Of a stretch of DNA of 50,134 nt, positions 1 through 9,297 are shown in pieces. Within the stretch, counting starts at the first letter, position 1, and each line of letters opens with the position of its first letter. The translations under genes and the position numbers were made by a program. Location: assembly GCA_023140385.1 (NCBI GenBank), contig JAGLLT010000008.1, forward strand, positions 1-50,134, written 5' to 3'. This DNA is from Candidatus Omnitrophota bacterium (lineage in GTDB: Bacteria > Omnitrophota > Gorgyraeia > JAGLLT01). The notes under the pieces are model-generated. The model was given only the letters and a program-made list of their open reading frames with translations, was not told the origin of the DNA and searched no databases.

Positions 1-31
1 CTCAGGGGTTCGAATCCTCTCTCCTCCGCCA
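1..31 (+). tRNA. 3' end of a tRNA, most likely tRNA-Ser (truncated by window edge; anticodon not visible)
   Basis: GGTTCGAATCC T-arm followed by CTCC-G-CCA, the same acceptor/discriminator ending as the three complete tRNA-Ser genes in the window. Confidence 0.8.
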
Positions 32-61
32 CCGTACCACGCAGGGTACGGTGCGCGGCAC
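30..61 (+). repeat. Post-tRNA palindromic element, GTAC family (CACCGTACC-loop-GGTACGGTGCG...CGGCAC)
   Basis: Hairpin CACCGTACC/GGTACGGTG abutting the CCA; the same motif follows the tRNAs at 26115 and 27248. Confidence 0.85.
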
Positions 62-183
62 CCACTATGGATAATCTGATAAAAGTCTGAATCCTCATCA
101 AAAAACCTCTTGATATTAAAAAATCCAGCGTTATAATATTAGCATTATGATGAAAAAAACGGTCGCCGGCCCTATTTTTGGTA

Positions 184-211
184 TTGACTATATTTAATGA
201 TGTGCTATAAT
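184..211 (+). promoter_or_regulatory. Putative sigma70 promoter
   Basis: TTGACT-16 bp-TATAAT with TG extension, upstream of ORF 250. Confidence 0.55.
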
Positions 212-249
212 ATAGTTAAACTAAATTAAAGGAGTTTAAGGGAAACGAA

Positions 250-1563
250 ATGCCTAATTTGAATCAAATTCTCAATAAAGGCCTCATTAAAAGAGACATA
301 CTGCCAGAGATAATAAAATGGATACCCGGCAAAGAGGCAATTATTCTAATTGGGTCAAGGCAAGTTGGCAAGACTTCATTGCTTTATTTGCTTATTCAGC
401 ACTTGGCAATAAATAAGGGAATAGCCGCAAAAGACATATTTTATTTGGATTTAGAAAGACTCGATAATCTTGAATTACTTAATAGCGGAGTAGATAAACT
501 GATTGATTATATCCATGAACAGAGTCCCGAAAAGAGCAAAAAATTTATTTTTATTGATGAAATACAATATTTAGATAATCCCACCAATATACTAAAGCTT
601 CTTGTTGATCATTATTCGGATAGAATAAAAATATTTGCCACAGGTTCATCAGCTTTAACAATTAAGAGGAAGTTTAAAGATTCTCTTGTTGGCAGGAAGA
701 TAACCTTTGAAATCCACTCTCTCGATTTTAAAGAATACCTAATGTTTAAGAATGAAGATAAATTACAAGATTTGGTAGGTAAGCGCGGCTACCCTCTAAA
801 TAAACATATTTCTTCTGAGCAGCTTAAGCCTATATCTGACATTTCTCATAATAAGCTTATAAAACATTACTTTGAATATGCTCTTTTTGGCGGTTACCCG
901 GCTGTAGTAATGCTTAATGGACATACTCAAAAAAGGAAGTATCTTGAGGATATTTATAATTCTTATATAAGAAAGGATATTAATGCCATCTTTTCTTTAG
1001 AAAACATAACAGCTTTTAACCGAATCGTTAAATTCCTGTCTTTGAATATAGGCAATTTAATTAATGTGCAGGAGATTAGCAAAGAAATAGGTATAGCCCG
1101 GGCGACGGTTGAGAAATATTTTTCTATTTTAGAGAATACTTATATATGCCGGTTTATTAGCCCTTATTTTACGAATAAGAAAAAAGAAATCGTGAAGATG
1201 CCCAAAGTCTATTTCTATGATGTTGGCCTGCGCAACCGGATTATTAACGATTTTAGAGGAGTTGATGAGCGGGTTGATGCCGGGGCGCTTATTGAAAATA
1301 CGGTATTTAGAAACTTACTAAAGAGGGTAGAAAGTGTAGAAAACATAAAATTCTGGAGATTAAAATATGGCTCAGAGGTAGATTTCGTAATTGATGAAGA
1401 AAATATTCTTCCCCTGGAGGTAAAACTAAAAGAGGTAGATACTCCGCCCGCGGGGATAACTTCTTTTTTAAGGAAGCATAAAAGTAAAATAGCCATTGTA
1501 GCTAACAAAAAAATCTTAAAACAAAAAAACGAACTTATATTTACCCCGTTCTATTTAATATAG
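250..1563 (+). CDS. AAA+ ATPase, AAA_14 + DUF4143 (COG1373-type)
   Basis: Walker A GSRQVGKT, Walker B FIDEIQ, TGSS, GGYP, PKVYFYDVGLRN, C-terminal EVDF...EVK motif. Confidence 0.9.
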   Translation: MPNLNQILNKGLIKRDILPEIIKWIPGKEAIILIGSRQVGKTSLLYLLIQHLAINKGIAAKDIFYLDLERLDNLELLNSGVDKLIDYIHEQSPEKSKKFIFIDEIQYLDNPTNILKLLVDHYSDRIKIFATGSSALTIKRKFKDSLVGRKITFEIHSLDFKEYLMFKNEDKLQDLVGKRGYPLNKHISSEQLKPISDISHNKLIKHYFEYALFGGYPAVVMLNGHTQKRKYLEDIYNSYIRKDINAIFSLENITAFNRIVKFLSLNIGNLINVQEISKEIGIARATVEKYFSILENTYICRFISPYFTNKKKEIVKMPKVYFYDVGLRNRIINDFRGVDERVDAGALIENTVFRNLLKRVESVENIKFWRLKYGSEVDFVIDEENILPLEVKLKEVDTPPAGITSFLRKHKSKIAIVANKKILKQKNELIFTPFYLI

Positions 1564-1662
1564 CCCAAATTGGAGCAAGGTCACTATTCCCTTTAGGGAG
1601 CTTAAGCACCATTGTTATCAGAGGTAAAATTATTTTATAGTGTTTTATAAAGGAAAATATTA

Positions 1663-2010
1663 GTGGGTGATATAAAAATTATAATAGATAAAATTAAAAA
1701 GTTCCGCGACGAAAGAGATTGGATGCAATTCCACGATCCAAAAAATATGGCAGTTTCTATAATTATTGAGGCTTCTGAGTTGCTTGAACATTTTCAGTGG
1801 AAAACTAAAAATGAAGTCAAAGATTATATTAAAATAAACAAACAAGAAGTAAGTGATGAAATCGCTGATATAGCTCTGTATCTTTTTGAATTAGCTGATA
1901 ATTTAGGAATTGATTTATTAAAAGCTATGGAGCGCAAAATAGTAAAAAACAGGAAAAAATATCCCATTAAAAAGGCTAAAGGGAAACATACGAAATATAA
2001 TAAATTATGA
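1663..2010 (+). CDS. MazG-like nucleotide pyrophosphohydrolase (dCTPase type)
   Basis: RDWMQFHDPKN, EASELLE, DEIAD, KYP motifs; overlaps next start (ATGA). Confidence 0.9.
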   Translation: MGDIKIIIDKIKKFRDERDWMQFHDPKNMAVSIIIEASELLEHFQWKTKNEVKDYIKINKQEVSDEIADIALYLFELADNLGIDLLKAMERKIVKNRKKYPIKKAKGKHTKYNKL

Positions 2011-4400
2011 GACTTTATTCAGGAAGCTCCCAGCAGTTTATAAATGATACTATACAAAATCAAATTGCAGAAAAATTGAAATTAAATTTTTTTGATTACT
2101 TTCGATTTTATCCATCTCCTTCAGAAGTTAATTCTTGGAGAAATTCTCTAAGGGCCATTTCTCAAGTATTTCAACATGCAAATTTATTAGATCATGGTGT
2201 TATTTTAGAATATCAGTTACCCCTAACATCAAAAAGATTAGACTGTTTGATTTGCGGTAAGGATACGAATAAATCAGATAATGCTGTTATTGTTGAGCTG
2301 AAGCAATGGGAAAAGTGTAAAGAGGCAGAAGGAAAAAACGAAGTACTTACCTGGGTCGGAGGGGCGGAAAGAGAAAGATTGCATCCATCAGTACAAGTAG
2401 GCCAATACCAGATGTACTTAGCTGACACGCACACCGCTTTTTATGTTGGCGCAACTCCTGTTGCATTGAATGCTTGCAGCTATTTACATAATTATAATTA
2501 TTATGCGGAAGATATAATCTTTGCGAATAAATTCCAAACAACATTGGAAAAGTATCCCTTATTTACTGCTGATGATGTTGATAAACTAACGGACTATTTG
2601 ATTGCTAAATTGAGCCATGGTGAAGGGCTTGGCGTTCTTCAAAAAATAGAGGAAAGTGAATATCGCCCCAGTAAAAAATTGATGGAACATGTGGGCAATG
2701 TTATAAAAGGAAAATCAGAGTATATTCTACTTGATGAACAACTTGTAATTTATGATAAAGTTTTTTCTTCCGCGAAAAAAGGGTTTACCGATAAACAAAA
2801 AACAGTGCTTATAATTAAGGGGGGTCCAGGTACCGGCAAATCAGTTATTGCTATTAATTTAATGGCTGATTTGTTGTTAGGCGGGCATAATGCTCATTAT
2901 GCTACTGGGTCTCGAGCGTTTACGGAAACATTAAGAAAAATCATTGGAACAAGGGGATCTGTACAATTTAAGTATTTTAATAGTTATTCTAGCGCTGAGG
3001 CGAATGTAATAGATGTATTAATTGCTGATGAAGCACATCGAATACGCAGTACAAGCAATAGCAGATTTACTCCTAAACACAAAAAGTCATTACTTCCCCA
3101 AATAGAGGAGTTATTGCATGTCGCGAAAGTGGCAGTGTTCTTTATAGATGATGATCAAATAGTACGGCCTAATGAAATTGGTTCCGTAGAACATATAAAA
3201 GAATATGCAAGAAAAGAAAAATGCAAAGTTTGTGAGTATGAATTAACAGCTCAATTTAGATGCAATGGATCGGATGCCTTTGTTAATTGGGTTAATAATA
3301 CCCTGGATGTAAAAAGAACAGCAAATGTTATATGGGATCAACACGAAGAATTTGATTTCAAAATATTATCATCACCGCTTGATTTAGAAAATGCTATAAG
3401 GCGAAAAGTAAGCAAGGGCTTTACTGGCAGGGTGACCGCAGGATTTTGTTGGGATTGGTCTTTGCCTAATTTAGATGGTACTCTTAAGGATGATGTTGTT
3501 ATCGGAGACTATAAACGCCCCTGGGATGCTAAGCCGGAAGCGAAAAAGTTAGCGCCTGGAATACCGAAAGCTGCCTTGTGGGCATATGATCCTAACGGTA
3601 TCGATCAAATAGGGTGTGTTTATACTGCACAAGGTTTTGAATTTGATTATGTGGGTGTTATTTTCGGAGAAGATTTGATATATGATTTTGACAGTCAAGA
3701 ATGGATAGGTAATAAACATAATTCATCAGATAGTGTAGTAAAGCGTTCTGGTGAGAAGTTTGTAAGTCTTGTCAAAAATACTTACAGAGTATTGCTTAGC
3801 CGAGGCATGAAAGGATGTTATGTTTATTTTATGAATAAGGATACTGAGAGATTTTTCAAATCACGGATAGAAAAAAGAGAAAAGATAGAAATTTTAGATG
3901 AATCTTCTGTTGAAAGTGATTTAGAAAAAATTGTAATTGAAATTGAAGAAAAGGCTAAGTATAAAGAATATTTACCCGTATACTCATTAGAAGCTGTTGC
4001 CACATCTTTTGGTAAAGAAGAATTTATTGAAAAATTAGGGTGGATGCAAGTTAAGGATACTATAAAAATTAGTGAAAATATGTTTATTGCGAAAGTTGTA
4101 GGAAAATCTATGGAGCCTACCATTCCTGATAATAGTTGGTGTGTATTTAGAAAAGAGCGGGGAGGATCCAGGGAAGGGAAAATTGTTTTAGCTAATTGCA
4201 ATGCACTTCGAGACCCCGAATCACAAGGAACATATACAATAAAGAAGTATCATAGTGAAAAAGAATATTTTGAGGATGGAACATGGCAGCATAAAAAAAT
4301 AATTCTCTCGCCAGATAATAAAGATTTTGATAATATAGTTCTTGAGAATGTTTCGGCAGGTGACTTTCAGATTGTTGGTGAATTTGTTTGTGTTTTGTAA
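2007..4400 (+). CDS. DUF2075 (Schlafen group 3-like) nuclease-helicase with C-terminal S24 peptidase-like domain
   Basis: N-terminal EYQLP...RLD...ELKQW nuclease-like motif; GGPGTGKS, DEAH, QFRC, GCVYTAQGFEFDY, YRVLLSRG; C-terminal GKSMEP (Ser) and TIKK (Lys). Confidence 0.85.
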   Translation: MRLYSGSSQQFINDTIQNQIAEKLKLNFFDYFRFYPSPSEVNSWRNSLRAISQVFQHANLLDHGVILEYQLPLTSKRLDCLICGKDTNKSDNAVIVELKQWEKCKEAEGKNEVLTWVGGAERERLHPSVQVGQYQMYLADTHTAFYVGATPVALNACSYLHNYNYYAEDIIFANKFQTTLEKYPLFTADDVDKLTDYLIAKLSHGEGLGVLQKIEESEYRPSKKLMEHVGNVIKGKSEYILLDEQLVIYDKVFSSAKKGFTDKQKTVLIIKGGPGTGKSVIAINLMADLLLGGHNAHYATGSRAFTETLRKIIGTRGSVQFKYFNSYSSAEANVIDVLIADEAHRIRSTSNSRFTPKHKKSLLPQIEELLHVAKVAVFFIDDDQIVRPNEIGSVEHIKEYARKEKCKVCEYELTAQFRCNGSDAFVNWVNNTLDVKRTANVIWDQHEEFDFKILSSPLDLENAIRRKVSKGFTGRVTAGFCWDWSLPNLDGTLKDDVVIGDYKRPWDAKPEAKKLAPGIPKAALWAYDPNGIDQIGCVYTAQGFEFDYVGVIFGEDLIYDFDSQEWIGNKHNSSDSVVKRSGEKFVSLVKNTYRVLLSRGMKGCYVYFMNKDTERFFKSRIEKREKIEILDESSVESDLEKIVIEIEEKAKYKEYLPVYSLEAVATSFGKEEFIEKLGWMQVKDTIKISENMFIAKVVGKSMEPTIPDNSWCVFRKERGGSREGKIVLANCNALRDPESQGTYTIKKYHSEKEYFEDGTWQHKKIILSPDNKDFDNIVLENVSAGDFQIVGEFVCVL

Positions 4401-4480
4401 ATTGTAAAAAAGAAAAAGGATAAAGGAAAAGGTGTCTGTCCCCTTAAAATGTCCCCTTAAAATCTAAAAAATACGGTATT

Positions 4481-4945
4481 TTGCCAATGCATGAGAGTCG
4501 GAAATGGGGAGAAGTAAAAAAGGGCTTTACCCATTTCGCAGAAAACGATATTGCTGTAGCTAAAATCACGCCGTGTTTTGAGAACTCAAAGGCTTGTGTT
4601 TTTGAAAAGCTAATAAATGGTTGTGGAGCAGGAACAACTGAATTGCATGTTTTGCGTCCGATCAAGGTAAACTCAAAGCATCTTTACATATTTGTCAAAA
4701 CATCCTCGTTTCTTAAAAATGGCGAGAAAGTAATGACAGGCGTATGCGGTCAAAAAAGGGTTCCAGTGGACTATTTTATGAACGCCATTTTATCATTACC
4801 ACCTTTGAATGAGCAAAAAGCGATTGTCGAACGAGTTGATAAGTTGATGACTATGATTGATAAATTAGAAAAACAAGTCACCGAACGTAAAGAGCAATCA
4901 GAAATGCTCATGCAGTCAGTCTTAAAAGAAGCGTTTGAGGGTTAA
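4481..4945 (+). pseudogene. hsdS: Type I restriction specificity subunit, C-terminal fragment
   Basis: AKITPCFEN, GTTELHVLRP, LPPLNEQKAIV, QSVLKEAFEG; only about one TRD, no hsdM/hsdR nearby. Confidence 0.8.
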
Positions 4946-4947
4946 AT

Positions 4948-5790
4948 ATGATTTATGCTGTTGGTGTTGATATTTCAATAGGATTCAGTAAAGACAAGTA
5001 CTATTTTCGCTATAAGGGTGTTAATTTTAAATATGTGCCACAATATATGAATGATGAAACCGATGATTTGGTTTGTGAAATACCGAAAGGTAAAACTCAG
5101 CCCGAAATTTATGAGTTGATAACAGAATTTATTACTGCTTTTGCGTTTGCAAATAACGCAAAAGCAAGTATTCAAGGAGGCATTGTTGTACATAATCCAG
5201 TAAAATTGATTGATTCAAGAATTCGTTCTAGTCAAAAGAGATTTATTAATGTCAGTGAAAGCATGGATGATTTCTGCAAAATTTCTCTTTTGCAAACAGA
5301 AGATCAAATTCAATTAGCTAGATTGTATCAGGAAGCTTTTAGCGCTAATAATGTATATTTGAAAATTCTATTTTTTTGGCATTGTTTGATTTATCCAAAT
5401 TCGGATGAAAAAAAGGCGGTAAAATATATTGATGATTTTGTTAACAATCTACCAAAAGAACTAATGTATATAAGCGACAGTATAAACAGATTTACTTCCA
5501 ATAAAGTGTTTTTGAGCGATAAAAAAAATGATGTTGGTGTCGGTGAATATGTCAAAAACTCGATCAGGCATAGCATAGCGCACATTGTGAGAAAGCCAGG
5601 ATACGGTATTGACCTTAAATTAGATTCATGGGAACAAATACAGCATCTACATGATATTGAACTTTTTATGCGAGCTATAGCAAGATATCGTTTAGAGAAA
5701 GATTATGATATGGGAGCTTCCAATGATGTGAAAGTTTTTTGCTACATTGACGAAAATAATTTGAAAGAAAAGAATATTGAGGTTTGTTGA
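4948..5790 (+). CDS. MauJ/ApeA-like HEPN-domain protein
   Basis: LARLYQEA...YLKILFFW helix pattern and Rx4H motif RHSIAH. Confidence 0.6.
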   Translation: MIYAVGVDISIGFSKDKYYFRYKGVNFKYVPQYMNDETDDLVCEIPKGKTQPEIYELITEFITAFAFANNAKASIQGGIVVHNPVKLIDSRIRSSQKRFINVSESMDDFCKISLLQTEDQIQLARLYQEAFSANNVYLKILFFWHCLIYPNSDEKKAVKYIDDFVNNLPKELMYISDSINRFTSNKVFLSDKKNDVGVGEYVKNSIRHSIAHIVRKPGYGIDLKLDSWEQIQHLHDIELFMRAIARYRLEKDYDMGASNDVKVFCYIDENNLKEKNIEVC

Positions 5791-5796
5791 GGCAAT

Positions 5797-6483
5797 ATGA
5801 TTGACACTAAAAAAGCAACCTATGTAGGTCATAGAGCCAGGATAAAAGAGAAGTATGAGAAATCAGGCTTGGGCGGATGGCATGATTATGAAGTCCTAGA
5901 GCTGGTATTGTCATATGCTATTGCTCGTAAAGATACAAAGTGCATTGCTAAGGAATTGCTTGGCAAATTTAAAACATTGAACAGCGTGCTTGATGCTGAT
6001 ATTAAAGATTTGCAAGTTATTAGCGGGATATCGAAACATTCAGCATTGTTTTTAAAATTATTGAAAGATGTATCTGCTCTTTATCTGGAAAAAGGGCTTC
6101 ACGATAGAGATTTGCTCTCATCTCCACAGATTGTTTGTGATTATTTGAAGGTCGTACTTAAGGGCTTGTCTGATGAGGAATTTTGTATGCTTTTCTTAAA
6201 TGGGCGTAATCAATTGATTGAAATAGAGACGTTAAAAACAGGTACGGTAAATCGAGCTGTTGTATTTCCTCGGAAGATTGTTGAACGCGCATTATATCAT
6301 CATGCGGTAAGCGTTATTGTCGCGCACAATCACCCTTCGGGTGCGTTAGAGCCTTCAGCAGAAGATAAAGATGTTACACGAGCTATAAAAAACGCCCTCC
6401 AGACAGTTGAGATTGCTTTACTTGATCATGTTATTATTGGCGGGAATGGGTATCTTAGTTTTAAAAGTAAAGGATTTATATGA
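5797..6483 (+). CDS. radC: RadC family JAB-domain protein
   Basis: GHRARIKEK, YEVLEL, GTVNRAVVFPR, HNHPSG...D, LLDHVII. Confidence 0.92.
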   Translation: MIDTKKATYVGHRARIKEKYEKSGLGGWHDYEVLELVLSYAIARKDTKCIAKELLGKFKTLNSVLDADIKDLQVISGISKHSALFLKLLKDVSALYLEKGLHDRDLLSSPQIVCDYLKVVLKGLSDEEFCMLFLNGRNQLIEIETLKTGTVNRAVVFPRKIVERALYHHAVSVIVAHNHPSGALEPSAEDKDVTRAIKNALQTVEIALLDHVIIGGNGYLSFKSKGFI

Positions 6484-6524
6484 TGGACGACTTATTCGTT
6501 GAAAGGTAAAATAAGAACTTCAAT

Positions 6525-7313
6525 ATGAAACGATTATGTTATTTCTTGAAAAGCTATACATTGGATTTGATAGCGCTGTTTACTGCGATTATTTCAGCTA
6601 TTCTCGCATATCATTTTATGAGTAATCAGAAAATTCAAATGTTGACATCGATAATAATAGCAGTATCTTTTCTATTAATTATTATTTATATCCGAAAAAG
6701 AGAGCGAGATTTTATTTTCTCTGCGCTAACGTGGAGGAGGGATATAGAGTCGTGGATTGGCTATGGTGAGTTTGAATATAATCGAGTTCACAATGCTTAC
6801 GCAATTACGAAATCCGAGCCTGGATTTATAAATTCAAAATGTTTGAATTGGAGTAGTTACAGAATTAATTTTGATTTCAAAATAGCGAGCGAAAAACTAG
6901 GCATTATTGTCCGTGCCGTAAATTTGTCAAATTATGTAATGATTCAGGTAAACCCATTGGGCATAAGGCCTCATATAAGGGTTAATGGTGGCTGGAAGGT
7001 CTGGGAAGTTGAAGAAACTGGATTAAAAATTGAAAAACCACTTTCTTTGGATAAATGGTATAAAGCTCAGATAGCATGTGATAAAAATGAAATTTCTATC
7101 AGATTGTATAATGGTAAAAAGTGCGTTTTTGATAGAGTTTGGGAAATTCCCAGAGGAAACGCAGTCTTCAATTTCAAAAAAGATGAAAAAGATAAAACAG
7201 ATAAAGAGATTGATATTCCTTTTCCAATTAATCTTGAGTATGGCTCTGCTGGATTTAGAAACTGCGAAAACGAAAAGGCATTTGTTAGGAATATGTTGAT
7301 TCAAAAAATATGA
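6525..7313 (+). CDS. Hypothetical membrane protein (2 N-terminal TM segments, beta-rich soluble domain)
   Basis: 262 aa ORF; two hydrophobic N-terminal stretches, GSAGFR near the C-terminus. Confidence 0.65.
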   Translation: MKRLCYFLKSYTLDLIALFTAIISAILAYHFMSNQKIQMLTSIIIAVSFLLIIIYIRKRERDFIFSALTWRRDIESWIGYGEFEYNRVHNAYAITKSEPGFINSKCLNWSSYRINFDFKIASEKLGIIVRAVNLSNYVMIQVNPLGIRPHIRVNGGWKVWEVEETGLKIEKPLSLDKWYKAQIACDKNEISIRLYNGKKCVFDRVWEIPRGNAVFNFKKDEKDKTDKEIDIPFPINLEYGSAGFRNCENEKAFVRNMLIQKI

Positions 7314-7487
7314 GAACATACTTTATGAGGAAAAAATATTTGATCATACTCAAAATCAAACATTTGGTAAAATTATGATGAACTCCTTTCTGCAATTTGA
7401 TTCAAGGATAATGACCAAGGGATTTATTTGATATAGTTACTGATATTTGGATGGAGACTGACAAACGCAGAATGGAGGGAACTCCAG

Positions 7488-7560
7488 AGTTCCGGGGGCA
7501 GAACACTTGATTGTTGAAAAGGTGTTGTTGCTTTGATAGAATCTATGTATGGCAAGGATA
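7488..7560 (+). mobile_element. Relic copy of RAYT transposase left end/5' region
   Basis: 73 bp diverged copy of 8932-9004 (AGTTCCGGGG.CAGAACACTT...TAGAATCTATGTATGGCAAGGATA). Confidence 0.75.
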
Positions 7561-7711
7561 AAAAGCAAAGTTTCTCAGAAATGACAAAAACATAGAGCTG
7601 ATCTTAGTTGGCCGGCATATCTCCATTTTTACAAGTTAATAAAAAAATTGACAAAGAGGAAAAAGGGACGGTTCTATTTAATCTGACGGTGGAAAAAGCA
7701 AGAAGACTAAA

Positions 7712-8554
7712 ATGAAAAAATTATTAGAATTTTTTAAAAATAATAAAAAAGTACTCGCAGTGCTTATAATTCTGTGTATCGTTTATTACGGTATTGCCAG
7801 ATGGGTCATAGGCATTACTCCTTTTAGTGTAATATTTGCGATATATTTTTTAGGTGGCTACACTGTTTTAGATAAGCTCATGGATGGTGTTGGTAAAAAC
7901 TACAGAATTATAACGTTATTTTTATTTGCTATTATTATAGCATCCATGAATTATACAAGCGCAGAAAATGCTAACTTAATCATATTAAACAAGATAAATA
8001 AATCTAATTCTCTCTTATTGACTGCTAATAAGATCGCTCTTCATAAAAATGGTGCATTTGAAGATAAAGAGTCAATTTTTTATTGTGGTATAGATACAAA
8101 TCAACAAATTCAAGACGATAATAGCAGTTTTAAAGACGGAGTTAAATTTTGGAATGATCCAAACTATTTTGCAGCAGCTGAAAAATTTGAAAATGCTATT
8201 AATGAATTAAAACAACATCCAGATTTTGATATGTATGCTCCGGGATTATATTTAAATGCTGGCCTTGCTTGTCATAAAATAGGGGAAGAAGTTAAAGCTA
8301 TTAGATATTTGAAGGAATCCATAAAAAGATCAGAAGCTCATGACGGATTACAAAAATGGGCTGCGGCGCCAAAAACTTTAGCTAAAATATATGCTGACCG
8401 TAAAAAGATTGATTTTTCAAAAATAACATCAGAAGATAAAAATATGCGTGAAGCTCTTAAATATGCCAACATGGCTTATGATATAGAACCTGATAAGGAT
8501 ATTTCAGGGACCATTCTTCTTTATGTTGTTACTCGTGATGCAATAGAAGATTAG
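7712..8554 (+). CDS. Membrane-anchored TPR-like protein
   Basis: N-terminal hydrophobic segments; YLNAGLAC...KAIRYLKESI helical repeat pattern. Confidence 0.6.
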   Translation: MKKLLEFFKNNKKVLAVLIILCIVYYGIARWVIGITPFSVIFAIYFLGGYTVLDKLMDGVGKNYRIITLFLFAIIIASMNYTSAENANLIILNKINKSNSLLLTANKIALHKNGAFEDKESIFYCGIDTNQQIQDDNSSFKDGVKFWNDPNYFAAAEKFENAINELKQHPDFDMYAPGLYLNAGLACHKIGEEVKAIRYLKESIKRSEAHDGLQKWAAAPKTLAKIYADRKKIDFSKITSEDKNMREALKYANMAYDIEPDKDISGTILLYVVTRDAIED

Positions 8555-8612
8555 GGCGTTATTTTGATAGGTAAGACAAAAAAAATATAGAAGGTGTATT
8601 GAAGGAGGTAAA

Positions 8613-8819
8613 ATGAAAAATGCAGTAATCTCTTTATGGATAGCCACAATTATAATCATTATTTTTGTTGGCTTAACTCAAAGATATTCGATAGTAGTAG
8701 CAGGGGGGAATTTACCAGTTGCGTATAAGCTTGATAAGATTACAGGCAAAGTTTGGTTTGTTAACGGGCGTGCAGGACAAACATTAGTTTCTGTAAGAGC
8801 TCCGAAAGATGTGAAGTAA
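8613..8819 (+). CDS. Small hypothetical membrane/secreted protein
   Basis: AAGGAGG RBS, N-terminal hydrophobic helix. Confidence 0.6.
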   Translation: MKNAVISLWIATIIIIIFVGLTQRYSIVVAGGNLPVAYKLDKITGKVWFVNGRAGQTLVSVRAPKDVK

Positions 8820-8992
8820 TCTAGGACACGATACTTAATCGCCCCACCGCACTTTCCTCTGAATAGCTTAGTTTTCTAAAAAATATCTTGCGTTCTGATA
8901 TTTTTAGGAATAGTTCCGGGGACAGCACAGTAGTTCCGGGGACAGAACACTTAATTGCTGGAAAGGCGTCGTTGTTTTTATAGAATCTATGT

Positions 8993-9112
8993 ATGGCAAG
9001 GATAGCGAGAATAGTTATTCCCAATCACCCTCAGCATATAATCCATCGCGGCAATCGCCGGGAAAAAGTTTTCTTTAGTGAAGACGACAGACAGGCTTCT
9101 CTGCTTCGCTAA
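8993..9112 (+). pseudogene. Truncated REP-associated tyrosine transposase (RAYT, IS200/Y1 superfamily)
   Basis: Manual translation MARIARIVIPNHPQHIIHRGNRREKVFFSEDDRQ resembles RAYT N-termini; truncated where the repeat cluster begins. Confidence 0.8.
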
Positions 9113-9239
9113 CTATTTACATATTTAGCTTCGCAGGAATTGGGCTTGTCTGCTTCGCCAAGCTACTTTCGTGCTTGGCTTCGCAGGAATAGGCTTGTCT
9201 GCTTCGCCAGACTACTTTCGTGCTTGGCTTCGCAGGAAT
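9100..9239 (+). repeat. Three tandem palindromic units (49 bp period), CTTCG family
   Basis: TCTGCTTCGC-stem/loop-GCTTCGCAGGAAT at 9100, 9149, 9198; same unit at 14132 and 44919. Confidence 0.9.
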
Positions 9240-9297
9240 TGGCTTAATATTGGGATGAGGGGTTTATTAAGAAGATTGAAGGGATTAAAGGGTTAGA

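Noticed and set aside
7314-7487. Possible degraded gene fragment
   Set aside because: Multiple stops and no recognisable motif; cannot be supported.
9100-9239. Possible CRISPR array
   Set aside because: Units are nearly contiguous with 7-8 bp linkers and recur singly after tRNAs; REP-like instead.
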